The position numbers and the translations under genes are program-made. Shown in pieces: positions 23,601 to 36,444 of a stretch of DNA of 36,641 nucleotides. The stretch covers positions 47,616,881-47,653,521 of the forward strand of contig JANKJI020000004.1 in NCBI GenBank assembly GCA_024626585.2, given 5' to 3'. The number at the start of each line of letters is the position of its first letter. Positions within the stretch are counted from its first letter, which is position 1. Source of the DNA: Ginkgo biloba (taxonomy: Eukaryota > Plantae > Ginkgophyta). The notes under the pieces are model-generated. The model was not told where the DNA came from, made no database searches, and worked only from the letters and a program-made list of their open reading frames with translations.

Positions 23601-25054
23601 GATGTTAACCTTCCTTCATAATGGTGTACACATTTTGTCGGCCATCTTGAATGGCTTATTAGTCAAATTCCCATAATCTCCCTAATAGCATATGACATGT
23701 GTCCATAGGAATGACATCACATCAAACCTCATCCTTGTAGTTTCCTAACTAGATTGGTACCAATGAACTATAATTCATTGTAAGTTATCCTCTTTTTTTA
23801 TATCATAAAATGTTATAAGGTGCCTTCAACCTATATCATCATAGCCCTAACTTTGGAACTAATTCTTTTGACACCATATTATTGCAACTTACATCCTCTA
23901 TAATCACACTATAAACATCTCTCCCCAACATGCACTTGATGGTGAAAATATTCTTCCACTAATCCATTTTATTATTTTCATTTAGGGTAGGTCGACCACT
24001 ACTTCTTTCAATTATCGAGGGTTGGCGGTCATCCACTGACTTCACTTTTTCTTTTTCTTTCTTTTGTCGACATTCTTCAAATCTGATGTTGATCCTATTC
24101 TTCTTATTTTATTATAATAATACCTTCCTTGATGGCATGGTTATACCTATATTGATGGTAGGGGACTCTGGTTCTAACTTATATCTGGCCAAGTGAGTTT
24201 GGTTTCCTTCTACTCTTACTCTCTCATCTCTCTTCTTTAGGTACTCAAACAACATATATTTATCATATCCACAACTAATACACATCACTGGTCATATAAA
24301 GGTGTGTTATGATTTGTCATTCCTTCCCCTATAATTGTGTGTGTACCTTTCCTAACCTTTGTCTTGATAAGTATTTTATCCCTCTTTTATTGGATGGAAA
24401 CTATCAGGATGCCAACCATGGGATTCCACCATCCAAAATTGACCTTTATTTCTCTATTGCCCATTTTCTCTCTTATGCCTCCAACCAAGGGTATTGGTAC
24501 TTCCACCATGAGGTTGTTTCCTATCTTATTAGGATAGACTTTCTTCTAAATTAAGTGCCAATTGGTATTCCGCATCCATACTTATTTCATGTTTCATTGC
24601 AATTTCATCTTAAATGGCATAGCTTAGTCCATTGTTGTACCTTGTTGCAAGTTGCTCCTTATCCTCCTCCTAGACACTATAAATAGATAACCTAAAAATC
24701 TCATCAATATATTCTTCCATGGTCTTCTCTTTCTATCTTAGGTTTTGAAATTATTTGAACACTCTCTGACTATAATAGGACGATAAAAAATTTCCTTCCA
24801 ACCAGTCAACCATCTTTTTCCAAAATGGAACCTTCTCTTTTCTCTTCTACACTTAATACTTTTATAGGTGTTCCCACCATATAGTAGTATGCCCCTTTAA
24901 TCTAGTGAATGCAAACCTTACTCTATCTAGATCTTCTATCTCTTCCCATTTGAAATGCTTCTCCATGTCTCCAATCCAGTCCAATAGATCTTTCGATTTC
25001 AAACTACCCCCAAAGCATGGTGCTTCCACTTTGGCTCTACCCTTATTACTTTCG
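20594..25054 (-). pseudogene. pol: CRM gag-pol polyprotein, degenerate (gag, zinc knuckle, PR, RT, RNase H, integrase, chromodomain)
   Basis: Gag reads DWIGDMEKHFKWEE. PR reads YSVIIEDVSCNNMVS...CDVIPMDTCHMLLGRLWEFD. RT reads KKDGTWRLCVDCR...FSKIYLRSGYYQIRI, with YLDD at 22889-22900. RNase H reads FEVERDV...GIR. INT reads WNDIWMDFI...VVDRFSK...YHLQTDG*T. The chromodomain reads YLVKWANKPYEDSTW (about 20697-20745). Confidence 0.92.
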
Positions 25055-26040
25055 GNNNNNNNNNNNNNNNNNNNNNNNNNNNNNNNNNNNNNNNNNNNNN
25101 NNNNNNNNNNNNNNNNNNNNNNNNNNNNNNNNNNNNNNNNNNNNNNNNNNNNNNNNNNNNNNNNNNNNNNNNNNNNNNNNNNNNNNNNNNNNNNNNNNNN
25201 NNNNNNNNNNNNNNNNNNNNNNNNNNNNNNNNNNNNNNNNNNNNNNNNNNNNNNNNNNNNNNNNNNNNNNNNNNNNNNNNNNNNNNNNNNNNNNNNNNNN
25301 NNNNNNNNNNNNNNNNNNNNNNNNNNNNNNNNNNNNNNNNNNNNNNNNNNNNNNNNNNNNNNNNNNNNNNNNNNNNNNNNNNNNNNNNNNNNNNNNNNNN
25401 NNNNNNNNNNNNNNNNNNNNNNNNNNNNNNNNNNNNNNNNNNNNNNNNNNNNNNNNNNNNNNNNNNNNNNNNNNNNNNNNNNNNNNNNNNNNNNNNNNNN
25501 NNNNNNNNNNNNNNNNNNNNNNNNNNNNNNNNNNNNNNNNNNNNNNNNNNNNNNNNNNNNNNNNNNNNNNNNNNNNNNNNNNNNNNNNNNNNNNNNNNNN
25601 NNNNNNNNNNNNNNNNNNNNNNNNNNNNNNNNNNNNNNNNNNNNNNNNNNNNNNNNNNNNNNNNNNNNNNNNNNNNNNNNNNNNNNNNNNNNNNNNNNNN
25701 NNNNNNNNNNNNNNNNNNNNNNNNNNNNNNNNNNNNNNNNNNNNNNNNNNNNNNNNNNNNNNNNNNNNNNNNNNNNNNNNNNNNNNNNNNNNNNNNNNNN
25801 NNNNNNNNNNNNNNNNNNNNNNNNNNNNNNNNNNNNNNNNNNNNNNNNNNNNNNNNNNNNNNNNNNNNNNNNNNNNNNNNNNNNNNNNNNNNNNNNNNNN
25901 NNNNNNNNNNNNNNNNNNNNNNNNNNNNNNNNNNNNNNNNNNNNNNNNNNNNNNNNNNNNNNNNNNNNNNNNNNNNNNNNNNNNNNNNNNNNNNNNNNNN
26001 NNNNNNNNNNNNNNNNNNNNNNNNNNNNNNNNNNNNNNNN

Positions 26041-26842
26041 TATATAGTTCTCTAATTCTCCCTCTCTTTAGCTATCTAAATAACCCACCCCTTCTTCATC
26101 TTTACATAGGTATTTATTCTTTAGTTATAACAACTCTGGGTGATCTTTACCTCCTCTAATGGCTGGATTAGGTAATAATCCATGCCCTAACAACTTCACC
26201 ATTAAATGCTACAATATAATTTTGGGATGCCATTCCTTCACCCTTGAGATTCCTTCTTTAGCCACCTATTAGGTGCATCATTAACTACTTCCAAAATCTC
26301 CTAAGTGGATTTCCCCTTGGTACTCTTAGTACATTCATCTACATTAAATATCATAGGTGCCATAGTCATCATTAGAATTCTCCTCTAATACATGCATCTG
26401 TCATATCTCTCTAACATGGACTATATGAGCCAATATCTTAATGAACCTTTATCTTTCAATGATATCAATCTTCTTTCAAATGTGTTGGTGTTGGTTGTGT
26501 TTTCCCTTATTGCATTATCAATGTAAGTTATTTACCTTCCTTACCATGTCACTTGTTAATTTTCCTTCCAGCATTCCCCAATATATATTGGTTTCCTTAT
26601 ATCTCTCATCAACCACATTGTCCATCACCCTTTTATACCTTGTCGACATATGTTGACCATGCATATGGGAATCCTAACAGTTTCAGTTGTCAAAGTTATT
26701 CTATTGACATAAGTTTTGCAAAATCATGTTGATCCACCTATACTTACATAGAAATTTATATTATGCTGCACACACTTAGTTAGTCACTCTTAGACAAAAA
26801 TTGAGCACTACATTGGCATGCCACCATGCTGCTCTTGCATCA
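26041..26842 (-). repeat. 5' LTR of the CRM element (inner end lost in the gap)
   Basis: TGATGCAAGAGCAGC terminus and homology to 20045-20593. Confidence 0.8.
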
Positions 26843-27280
26843 TCTTGTTAGGTTAGTCATAATTTTTAAAAGTGGATTTAAGTAGTGGTTATTACTAGAT
26901 GATAATTTGGGAAGGCAATAAGTGGAAGATAAATTTCAAGATGAGAGANNNNNNNNNNNNNNNNNNNNNNNNNNNNNNNNNNNNNNNNNNNNNNNNNNNN
27001 NNNNNNNNNNNNNNNNNNNNNNNNNNNNNNNNNNNNNNNNNNNNNNNNNNNNNNNNNNNNNNNNNNNNNNTGATATTTTGGTGTTTAGCAAGATGAAGGA
27101 GGATCATCTCCATCATTTAAGGCAAGTATTTGACATACTTTGGAAGGAGAAGTTACACATAAATTTGAAAAAGTGTAGTCTTTTTCAAAGGAGCCTCATG
27201 TACTAGGGTTTTATTATTTCCAAAGAAGGGTTGAAAATGGATCCAAAAAAGGTATAATCCATCTTGTAATGCCAGTACTA
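26843..27280 (+). pseudogene. pol: Chromovirus (CRM-like) reverse transcriptase fragment
   Basis: Translates as KVDLSSGYY*MIIWEGNKWKINFK and DILVFSKMKEDHLHHLRQVFDILWKEKLHINLKKCS...GFIISKEGLKMDPKKV. Confidence 0.9.
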
Positions 27281-27524
27281 NNNNNNNNNNNNNNNNNNNN
27301 NNNNNNNNNNNNNNNNNNNNNNNNNNNNNNNNNNNNNNNNNNNNNNNNNNNNNNNNNNNNNNNNNNNNNNNNNNNNNNNNACCTAGAACCATCCAATAGC
27401 CAATAAAATAAAGAGAGAGAGAAGTGTTAGTGAGACAAAACTTGTAATAGTAAAACCTCTCAAATATATTCTTCATGGTCACATATCCCTAAGAAGTATT
27501 ATACACCATAAAACCAAAAGTTAG

Positions 27525-28135
27525 CTCCCTCTTGCTCAATGGAACACCATGTAAGGGGTCTTATTGACCCATGAAGAAAATATTCTATCAAAATTTTGGT
27601 TTATGATTTAAAAAAACTTGATGTTCTTTTCCTCCAAGAAGTCAAAGTAGTAAGCTTAAATCTCAAGACTACTCTTTAGTTTATTTGGCCTAGAGATTTC
27701 ACATTCTCTTCCCACCACAAGGAAGGAAAATATGAGTTTTTAATATTTCTCTCCCATTATTTATAAATAAAGAAAATAGAATGGGGCCTCAACCCCACTG
27801 GAAGGATGGCCTAGGTTTTGATAAATGTTAAAAATAAAGGCCTTAGTATAACTAATGTTTATGCCTCAAATATGTCCCTAGAGTGGGCCACACTTTAGAA
27901 ATATCTTGGAGATCATTTTTCACCTACCTCCTAGACTCTCTATGGAGACTTCAATATGGTAGAAGATAAGGAAGATAAGTAAGGAGGACTTCCATTAAGA
28001 TGGTTAGTAGAGGAAAAAGAATCATGGTTAGGGATTAAAATGAGAATAGGGTCATACAACCCTAATTTATTTAAAAAAGATACTTCTCATGATCCATAGT
28101 TTACATGGTCAAACATTATTTAAGGTTATCAACCG
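27525..28135 (+). pseudogene. L1-type LINE ORF2 AP-endonuclease fragment
   Basis: The motifs WN../VRGLIDP, DVLFLQEVK, ITNVYASN, GDFNMVEDKEDK*GG and FTWSN appear in canonical APE order. Confidence 0.85.
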
Positions 28136-28759
28136 TGCTTATCTATCATAGCATATCCCTATCTATTTTAAGATCATTTAGGGAGAGAATAAAATGGTTG
28201 GGAATCACACCACTTTTAAAATCAATGTTTTCCATTTGTAACTACCATGTTGTCTAGTTGGTATTAATACTATCTTCCACTTTCTTCCCAATCCATTAGG
28301 AGATAATCGATAGATGGACTAGTGGAACTAGTTCATAGCTACAATAAGCTCATTCCTTCAAGGATATGGAAAACATATTGCATCTAAATAAATGAAAGTT
28401 GAAAGGGAGGTTAACAAGGAGATTTTTTTAATTAAGAAAAGATTGTAAGAGTTCCCATTTGATGAATCTCTATAGTCTAAAGCATCCAATCTCACTCAAG
28501 ATGAAAAATTTAATGAAGCCAAAAAGTCTGAGCGGGTGAAAATCTTAGCAAGATTACATTGGCTCAAGTTTGAAGATAAGCCCTCTAATTAATTCTTTCA
28601 AGCTATTGTTAAAATTCACAACTCAAAGAATGGATTTCAAAAGTGATATTCTTCTATTANNNNNNNNNNNNNNNNNNNNNNNNNNNNNNNNNNNNNNNNN
28701 NNNNNNNNNNNNNNNNNNNNNNNNNNNNNNNNNNNNNNNNNNNNNNNNNNNNNNNNNNN

Positions 28760-30396
28760 CTTCATCTTTTAGCCAAAAAGTATAGTGTCATCCATCTTTC
28801 ATAATGGTGTACATATTCTATTGACCATCATGAATGGATTATTGATCATACTGCCATAACCTTCTCAACAACACATGATAAAAATCTATGGGAACAACAT
28901 CACACCAAATTTTATCCTTATAACTACCCAATTTGATTGGTACCAATGACCTATACTTCATGGTGATTTCCCTGCCTTTCTTGAACAATAAAATATTATA
29001 AGGTACCTTTAGCTTGTATTATCATAGTCCTACCTTCTAAACTAACTCCTCTGACACCATATTATCATAACTTATGATATCCAAAATTACAATGTAGACC
29101 TCTTTCCTTAACATTCATTTAATAATGAAAATATTCTTTTGTTGATCCATGATGGTGTTTGCATTTAAATTATCTATACCACTACCTCTTCCACTAATCA
29201 AAGGTTGGAAATCCTCTACTGAAGTCACCTTTTTTTTTACTTTCCTCTACTGACATTCATCCAAACTAATGTTAGTTCCCTTCTTCCTTTTGGATGATAA
29301 TAACACCTTTCTCATTGGCACTGCTCTAACTCTATCGGTGATAGGTGATTCTGAATCCAAGTTCTATCTGGATAAATGTATTTCATGCCCTCTCATCTTT
29401 ACCCTATCATCTATTTACCTAGGCACTCAAATGAAATATGATTGAATTCTTCATAGCTAAAATATCTTATAAATTATCTAAAGGCATGGTGTAGTTTATT
29501 AGTTTTTCCATCAGGGTTATGCATAATCCTTCCCTGGCCTCTAGCTCTATAGGGGTTGGGTCTTCTTTTTTGTTGATAAAAGTTGTTAATTTCTTGACTA
29601 CAAGGATATATGGCCCCACCTTGAACTTTGCTCCTTCTCTAACCAATACCTCTCCTTTATTTCTAACCAAAGAGTATAAAACTTCCACCATGAGGTCTTT
29701 AACTGGCCTATCAAGCTAGTTTCTCCTCTACTTTAAGCTCTAACTAATACGCCCCATCCACACTAACTATATGATGCATCACTATTTTATATTGGATGGT
29801 GTATCTCAATCCATCAATATACCTTGTTGTAAGTTATTCTTCATCCTCCTCCTAACCACTACAAATGGATAACCTACAAAATTTATTAGTATACTCTCCC
29901 ATAGATGTCTCTCTCTGTCTCAGGTTGTGAAATTATTTGAATAGTATCTGACTATATTCTGATGGAAAAAAATTTCCCTTAAACCTATCAGACATCTTTG
30001 ATCAGATAATAATATTCTCTTTTCTCTTCTACATTTGGCCCTTTTGTAGATGTTCCCACCATAGGTTACTCTCCATGGATCCTCTATCTTTTCCCACTCA
30101 AAATACTTTTCCATGTCACTGATCTACTTAAGGAGATCCTTTGGCTTCAGACTACCTCCATAACATGGTGCCTCCACCTTATCCTTCCCCTTGACACTTC
30201 CTAGTGCTCTAACAATCACCTCTACTTTACCTTATTTAGAGGGTCAAACTTCTTCATCATTGGGTGTTATATCTACCACCTTCTCTACTACTATAGGTAT
30301 TGCTCTTGGTTTCCTTAAGGATTCTCCCAATTCATATGAATTTTGTACCAAACTCTCTAATAAATGCACTAGTGTTCTATCAACTTGGGGTGCCAT
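28760..30396 (-). pseudogene. gag: CRM-clade gag plus protease remnant
   Basis: Start MAPQVDR at 30396, then MEKYFEWEKIEDPWRV, and PR CDVVPIDFYHVLLRRLWQYDQ. A degenerate PBS-like CA-AT-TGGTGATAGGG lies at about 30409-30423. Confidence 0.88.
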
Positions 30397-30589
30397 TCTA
30401 ATACTGAACCCTATCACCAATTGCTTTCTCATTATTATTTATATACATTGGAGATTTGATTCCATCTAACATAGATAGGAAAGTTGNNNNNNNNNNNNNN
30501 NNNNNNNNNNNNNNNNNNNNNNNNNNNNNNNNNNNNNNNNNNNNNNNNNNNNNNNNNNNNNNNNNNNNNNNNNNNNNNNNNNNNNNAAG

Positions 30590-31865
30590 CCTAGGGAATC
30601 AGAGTGTCTTGAGAGAGTGAACCTTTTTTATTATGACATTATCTCCCAATGGCCTTGAGGAGGCCTAAGATATATATAGGTGGAATAATCTTGGGGTTTC
30701 TATCCTTGAAAGGCTTTGATACCATACCCCTTCATTATGTTTTTACTATGGGAATTAATGGGGTGAGGGATTGAGACATGTAGAATAATCTCAACGACTT
30801 GAGTCTCGTGAGGCTCTATAACCTCTTATTCTATTTTTATTTTTTTGTGTGATTGTAGGCATGCTATATTCACACATATAGAGTGATCTAGGTCCTCCTA
30901 ACCTCATAGTATTTTAGGTACTTATCCCTTTCTTTTTCTTTTATGACCTACAAGATTGCAGGCTCACAATATTAAGACACATGGCCATATTATAAGGGCC
31001 CCCAACATTGGTTATATTCCCAAATTCCTTCCTCGATTATCAATTTCTAGTAAACGATGGGTATTAGGATATTGTCATATGGCATATTATTAAGAAATCT
31101 AAATATGTTGTACTTTTGCCTTTATTCTTCCCTATAGTCCTCTGTAATATTAACTGATGCCTATGATTGTGGAACATGGTGCCATCCTAAAGAATATCAA
31201 CCTACAGCCTTTCAAAGCTCCAAAATTTATTTCCCCTCTTGCTAATGTGAGATGATCATGATGGTAATATGTGGCATCATCCTAGAGTGCTTGGATCTGC
31301 AGTATTTTTACCAAGTCATATTTGGAACCTCTTTCCATCATGAGGAGGAGCTAATAAGATCACACCATATGTCATACCCTTGGATTCTCTTATACCCTAT
31401 AACTTTTGGGATTTATTTTTTAAAAGTTAAATCATCTCGTAGATTTGGGGGGCACGCACTAGATCATGATATATGGCACCATCTCAGGTTCCCTTTCCTT
31501 AAGTTATTTTGGAGTCTCTCTCCATCTAGAGAATGAATTGATAGTATAGAGGCACATGTCACATCCTTAGGACTCCTCATGCTTGCACCCATTTGAATAT
31601 AGTTTTCTAATTCTTTCACATATACAAGGAGAAGGATCATAATGTCTTGCCAATTTTCATCACCTCAGTGTACCTATGACACTTAAAAAAAGACCCTGTG
31701 AAAAGAAATCTAATGCGTGAAATAGAGTGAGAATATAGATAAGGAATAATAAAATGACCAATACTAAAAAGTGAAAGGGCACCATGTGGTAAACCCTATC
31801 AAAATATAAATTTGTCTTCTAAATGGTCTAGGGTATTTTTCAACTTTATCATATTTCTTGTAGGA
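30590..31865 (+). repeat. Diverged member of repeat family C (LTR-like)
   Basis: 'aaagggcaccatgtggtaaaccc...aaatataaat' matches 6838-6875, and 'atggcaccatctcagg' matches the reverse complement of 34543-34565. Confidence 0.5.
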
Positions 31866-32075
31866 AGGATTCAATGGAAAATCTAACCTGGGAGACAATT
31901 GGTTTTTTCTTGAAGAATAGGATGACCAGTCTTGAGAAATTAAAGTTGTAGACTAGGTGGCAGGATACCATTAAAATTCAAGTGAGACNNNNNNNNNNNN
32001 NNNNNNNNNNNNNNNNNNNNNNNNNNNNNNNNNNNNNNNNNNNNNNNNNNNNNNNNNNNNNNNNNNNNNNNNNNN

Positions 32076-32458
32076 TGACTTATATGGGGAAACACTTCTC
32101 AGTATTTAGAACTCAGAATATGTGGTTAACTTTGTAGATTAGAGGAGGAAATCAAGCAAATAATAACACGTGCATACACAATGAACTAAAATGTGACTTT
32201 GTCCTTTTTAGGGGAATAATAATCCTAATGCACTTTTATAAGAGGTTGATGTGTGTGTTTGTGTGATTTCAGTCCTTATTCATAGAATTTTTAGATTAGA
32301 GTGGGAAAAATTATTGATTCGATGCTGGTTAGTCGAGAATGGAAGCTTGGGGTATTGATCTATTTCCAATTGGGCATTCGTAGTCCCAAAAAAGTTTCCC
32401 CTAGTTCCCCTCTGAGCCTTACTCCATTTCTAGTTGGTTTTCTATAGCCCCAATGGAG
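32076..32458. repeat. Copy of the 14510-14830 repeat
   Basis: Colinear shared words (see 14510-14900). Confidence 0.55.
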
Positions 32459-33895
32459 NNNNNNNNNNNNNNNNNNNNNNNNNNNNNNNNNNNNNNNNNN
32501 NNNNNNNNNNNNNNNNNNNNNNNNNNNNNNNNNNNNNNNNNNNNNNNNNNNNNNNNNNTCTATGGATAGTTCTATTAATGCAAGCAATGTAGGTGACTCC
32601 ATACCTATCAGTAGCAATGGAAAATCAAGATCAAGTTGATTTTGATCTCATTAGGCATGGATGACCTCATCTCCATCATTATTCAATATTATCAAGCATG
32701 GCAGGCCATCTCCTTATGTAGTGACATATACCAATTGTAGGTAGCTCTCATAATGGTAGGGATCTCATCAGAGGATTTGATTTTGATNNNNNNNNNNNNN
32801 NNNNNNNNNNNNNNNNNNNATCACCTCTAAAAAATAGTTTGGATAAAATTTCTAATGCAACATCTATATCAGTGTTTAGAGGCCATATAAATATGTAAAT
32901 ATTTGTAGTTCAAGGGGTTCATCTCCAATTTGTAAAATTGTTCCAAAGAGGGTTTTCTTGTGGTGAAGTTAACTATCTTAGAGGACTGATACAATTATAA
33001 AATCACTCAACAAAGGGTTTGTGACTATGAATCATTCCTCTCCCCTCTCTCCTTTTACTTTTNNNNNNNNNNNNNNNNNNNNNNNNNNNNNNNNNNNNNN
33101 NNNNNNNNNNNNNNNNNNNNNNNNNNNNNNNNNNNNNNNNNNNNNNNNNNTGGTGTTCTTAGTTCTTGTGTTTAATTTCTTACCACAAGGAATATAATTG
33201 TGTTTCTTTAAGTGTTCATGATAGGGATATTGTGCCAATGCTAGTCTTTTGCTCATATTTTTGTTTGGTCTCTCACACCTATAAGAGGCCTTCAGATGTG
33301 CCAATGCAATCCCTCTTATTTCAAATTTCTTATTAGCCTCTCATACTTGTAATAGGCTCATATATTTATTAATGTAGTCTATTGTCCTAAGAGAATTGGG
33401 TTGCCAATAATATATGATGATCATTATTTCTTTTGAAGCACAGTGGGTTGAATTGAGCCAATACTGGTTCAACCATCCTTTATGAATTTCTTCTTTTACT
33501 TTTAGTAGATGTGTGTCTTATTTATTGTAGCTTTCCTTCCTTTCTTCTTGGAGCATATGGAAATTTGACTGTCTGTTAAGCCCCATGTACTCTAGTTTTA
33601 TTTTGTTTCTCTTCTCTTTCCTATCCTACTCTCTCCTTTTGTGGTTTATTTGAAGTCTTCTTATGCTTCATTTAGGATCCTAGACCATTATAAATATTCA
33701 TTAGATTAGGGAAAATTGGCCTTGAGGTGGAAAACTCACATTGCAAACCTAGGCTACACGATCAAATTTTTTGGTACCTTGATCTCTATTTCTAGTAGGA
33801 GCTCTAAAACATATGGGTGGTGGCCCTTGGATATTGTTAGATACTCTTTTTCCTCTGCCTAAATTGTGATGATGTTGGGTGTGCAAAAAAATCCC

Positions 33896-34035
33896 ACCAA
33901 TAACTCCAATATGGTGGAAGACAAGGAAGCTAAGCTAGGAGGATTGCCCTTAAGATTCTTAGNNNNNNNNNNNNNNTCTAGGGAATAAAGGGAAACAAGG
34001 GTTATACAACCCTAATATATTTAGAAAAGAAATGT
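33896..34035 (+). pseudogene. Second L1 endonuclease fragment, same family as 27525-28135
   Basis: 'caatatggt.gaaga.aaggaag.taag...ggagga' and 'ggg.atacaaccctaat.tattta' align to 27950-28080. Confidence 0.75.
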
Positions 34036-34312
34036 TGTAAGATTTTATTGATTCTTATCAACTTTTATTTTTAAATCTTATTATTCGTTGTTGATAGTAA
34101 TTTTTTTTTATTATCTTGTATGTTTTCGCTACTTAGTAAATCTTTATCATAGTTTTTCACTAAATTACAAAATCTATTTTTTGGATATCGATAATATTGT
34201 TGCTCTTATTTTNNNNNNNNNNNNNNNNNNNNNNNNNNNNNNNNNNNNNNNNNNNNNNNNNNNNNNNNNNNNNNNNNNNNNNNNNNNNNNNNNNNNNNNN
34301 NNNNNNNNNNNN

Positions 34313-35360
34313 ATATATATATGTAAAAGATAATTTTTGTAGGTTTTGGTAAAGTTATTTATGCAATTTATAGGATGATTCCACATGGGGACATCTTGTG
34401 ATATCTTCCCTCATAGTTGTTGGGAACACTGAAAGTGCACATGGTAAAAAGTGCAAGACTTGGGGTCCTGGGATCATCCCACTTGGTAGGATCTTGTGAT
34501 GTCCCCCCCCCCACAACAATTTGAATTCATGAGGACTACAACACCTGAGATTATGCCATGTGGCATAATCTTTAGAACTCATAGACTCATAGGTAATAAA
34601 ATAAAAAGGGAAATCCTTAAAAATTCATGGCTTCATAGATTATGAGATCTCACCATGTGGTAGGATATTAGGTGACCATAGAAGAATAAGTTAAGGGAAT
34701 AGAAGGAGAGACAAAGAGGGATGAAAGTTTAAGATTGTTTATGATTGTTCCACATGGCTCAATCACATGTAATCTCAATCACTCATAGGTTCACATAAAA
34801 AATAGGGAGGTGAAGAAAGTATCAATGGTTGGAAAAATTAACGAACCATAAAATTATGCCATCTGGATCATTCCTAGCATCGACATATTCATAAAAAAAT
34901 GTAGAGGGAATAATAGATGGAAAAGCACCACAAGTCCCATGTCTCCATAATGGTACATAGATAACAAGATGAAAGGAAGGCCAACAAAAAGGGTAGTAAT
35001 ATCAAGAACTGTAGAAGTACCCCATGGGGTAAAATATCATGATGCCTCCCTACAATAATTAAAGGTTATAAAGTCACTCTAATGAACCACATGAGGACCA
35101 TTATCATGAGAATGCATCCACATGTCCCAATATCATGTGAATTTTTAATGTTCTTGGTAAAATTACAGGAGGAGAATTTAACTAGATAAACACCAAAACT
35201 CTGAACTTGAAAAAGATAACCACATGTAAGACTCAGGTTCAAACACAAAAAAATATAGTATGCATAGAGGAGAGAGTCAATGCCATACCTCATGGATCTT
35301 CTAGATCCCTTCTTAGAATTGATTAGGAGTAATAATGGAGCATGAAATCAGGGCATTCAT
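34313..35360 (-). repeat. Repeat family C, inverted copy of about 6020-6810
   Basis: The reverse complement shares 'gtgcactttcagtgttccca', 'gatgtcccca..tggaatcatcctata' and 'ctaagaaggga'. Confidence 0.8.
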
Positions 35361-36444
35361 CAGTTCAGTACTAGTAGCTAGAAATGCATAGAAGTAACAC
35401 TTGCAAGATGATTCTACACCTACTTTGAGTTATAGATGATATAATACATATAACTATTTTGAATTAACTAGGGAAGGTTTCCCATCATATCATATACCAA
35501 CCTAAATTAGTCTTAGGTATCTATATTAATGGAGAATATCATTAGAAATAAATGATCACAAAGAGAAGATCTTCCTATAATGGCTTCTGGAACTCTAGTT
35601 AAGTTCTACTTTACTATAGTTTATTTCAGGAGTTAAAATCATAATAAAAGGATGAGGCTGCATCCCATATAAGGGGTTGGTTTGGACTTCTTCTAGATCC
35701 AAACCTCTCTCTCTCTCTCACTCCCTCTCCTTTTGTTTTCCTTATTTTTAGAATTTTCCCATTCTAGGTGATATAGAGGGAAGGATTTTTTCGAAGCATG
35801 TATAGAATAATTTTGGAGCATCTAAAGCTTTGGTTTTTATGAGTTTCATGTTTTCTATTATATTTTCCATTTTTTTTTATGTGTTTAATTATATCTTTTA
35901 TTGTTTTATTAATTAGAGTTTGCACTATAATTTTGTGCCCAAGGTAGGAAATATTGAGCTCTGTTAGCCCTTTATTCACATCATTATCTAGTTTCTTACT
36001 CCTATAAGAGGTTTTAGATATTCTTATGCAATAAAAAATATGAGGTGAATTGGGATACTATGATTGTGTGTATGTTTACTTCATTTCCTTAAACATGTTA
36101 GTTAATTTGGATCTTTCATCATATTTATAGATTTCCATTTTTTGGTGGATAAACATTTGTTATCCTCGCAATTAGCTTCTTATGCATTTTTTTAAGTCAT
36201 TAAATGATTTCCTGAGGTTCATGTGAATTCAAGTATATGCTTTCCATGTGCTTTATTTTTTTGGTTGAACAATTGTGATTGGTGCTAGCTCTGGGTATTA
36301 ATTCAGTGTAAGCATTCTAATCTTTCTTTTCTATCCTACCCATCTCTCCCTTTTGATGTTTCTTCAAAATCACCTAGTTAAGGACCTTCATGAATATCTA
36401 GCTATTTGGGAAGATCCACTAGCAAGTTATAGGAATTACACCTC

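Larger units (their letters stand above)
20045..26842 (-). mobile_element. Near full-length Ty3/gypsy chromovirus, CRM clade, with a C-terminal chromodomain
   Basis: Two related LTRs begin TGATGCAAGAG (at 26842 and 20593 on the minus strand), a PPT is present, and the domain order is gag-PR-RT-RH-INT-chromo. Confidence 0.85.

Noticed and set aside
24905-26159. 380-aa ORFs in the ORF track
   Set aside because: They are almost entirely X from the N gap. The same applies to many other gap-spanning ORFs.
32560-33030. Possible third Tat gag remnant (minus strand)
   Set aside because: There is only weak DVAL/EMA-like similarity, requiring frameshifts.
33151-33890. Possible LINE ORF1/ORF2 fragment on the minus strand
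   Set aside because: The resemblance is vague (YWQPNSLRTI) and no diagnostic motif could be confirmed by eye.
5997-35360. Inverted family-C copies as TIRs of a giant (about 29 kb) DNA transposon
   Set aside because: The copies are diverged with large indels, a third copy lies in direct orientation, and I found no transposase or TSD.
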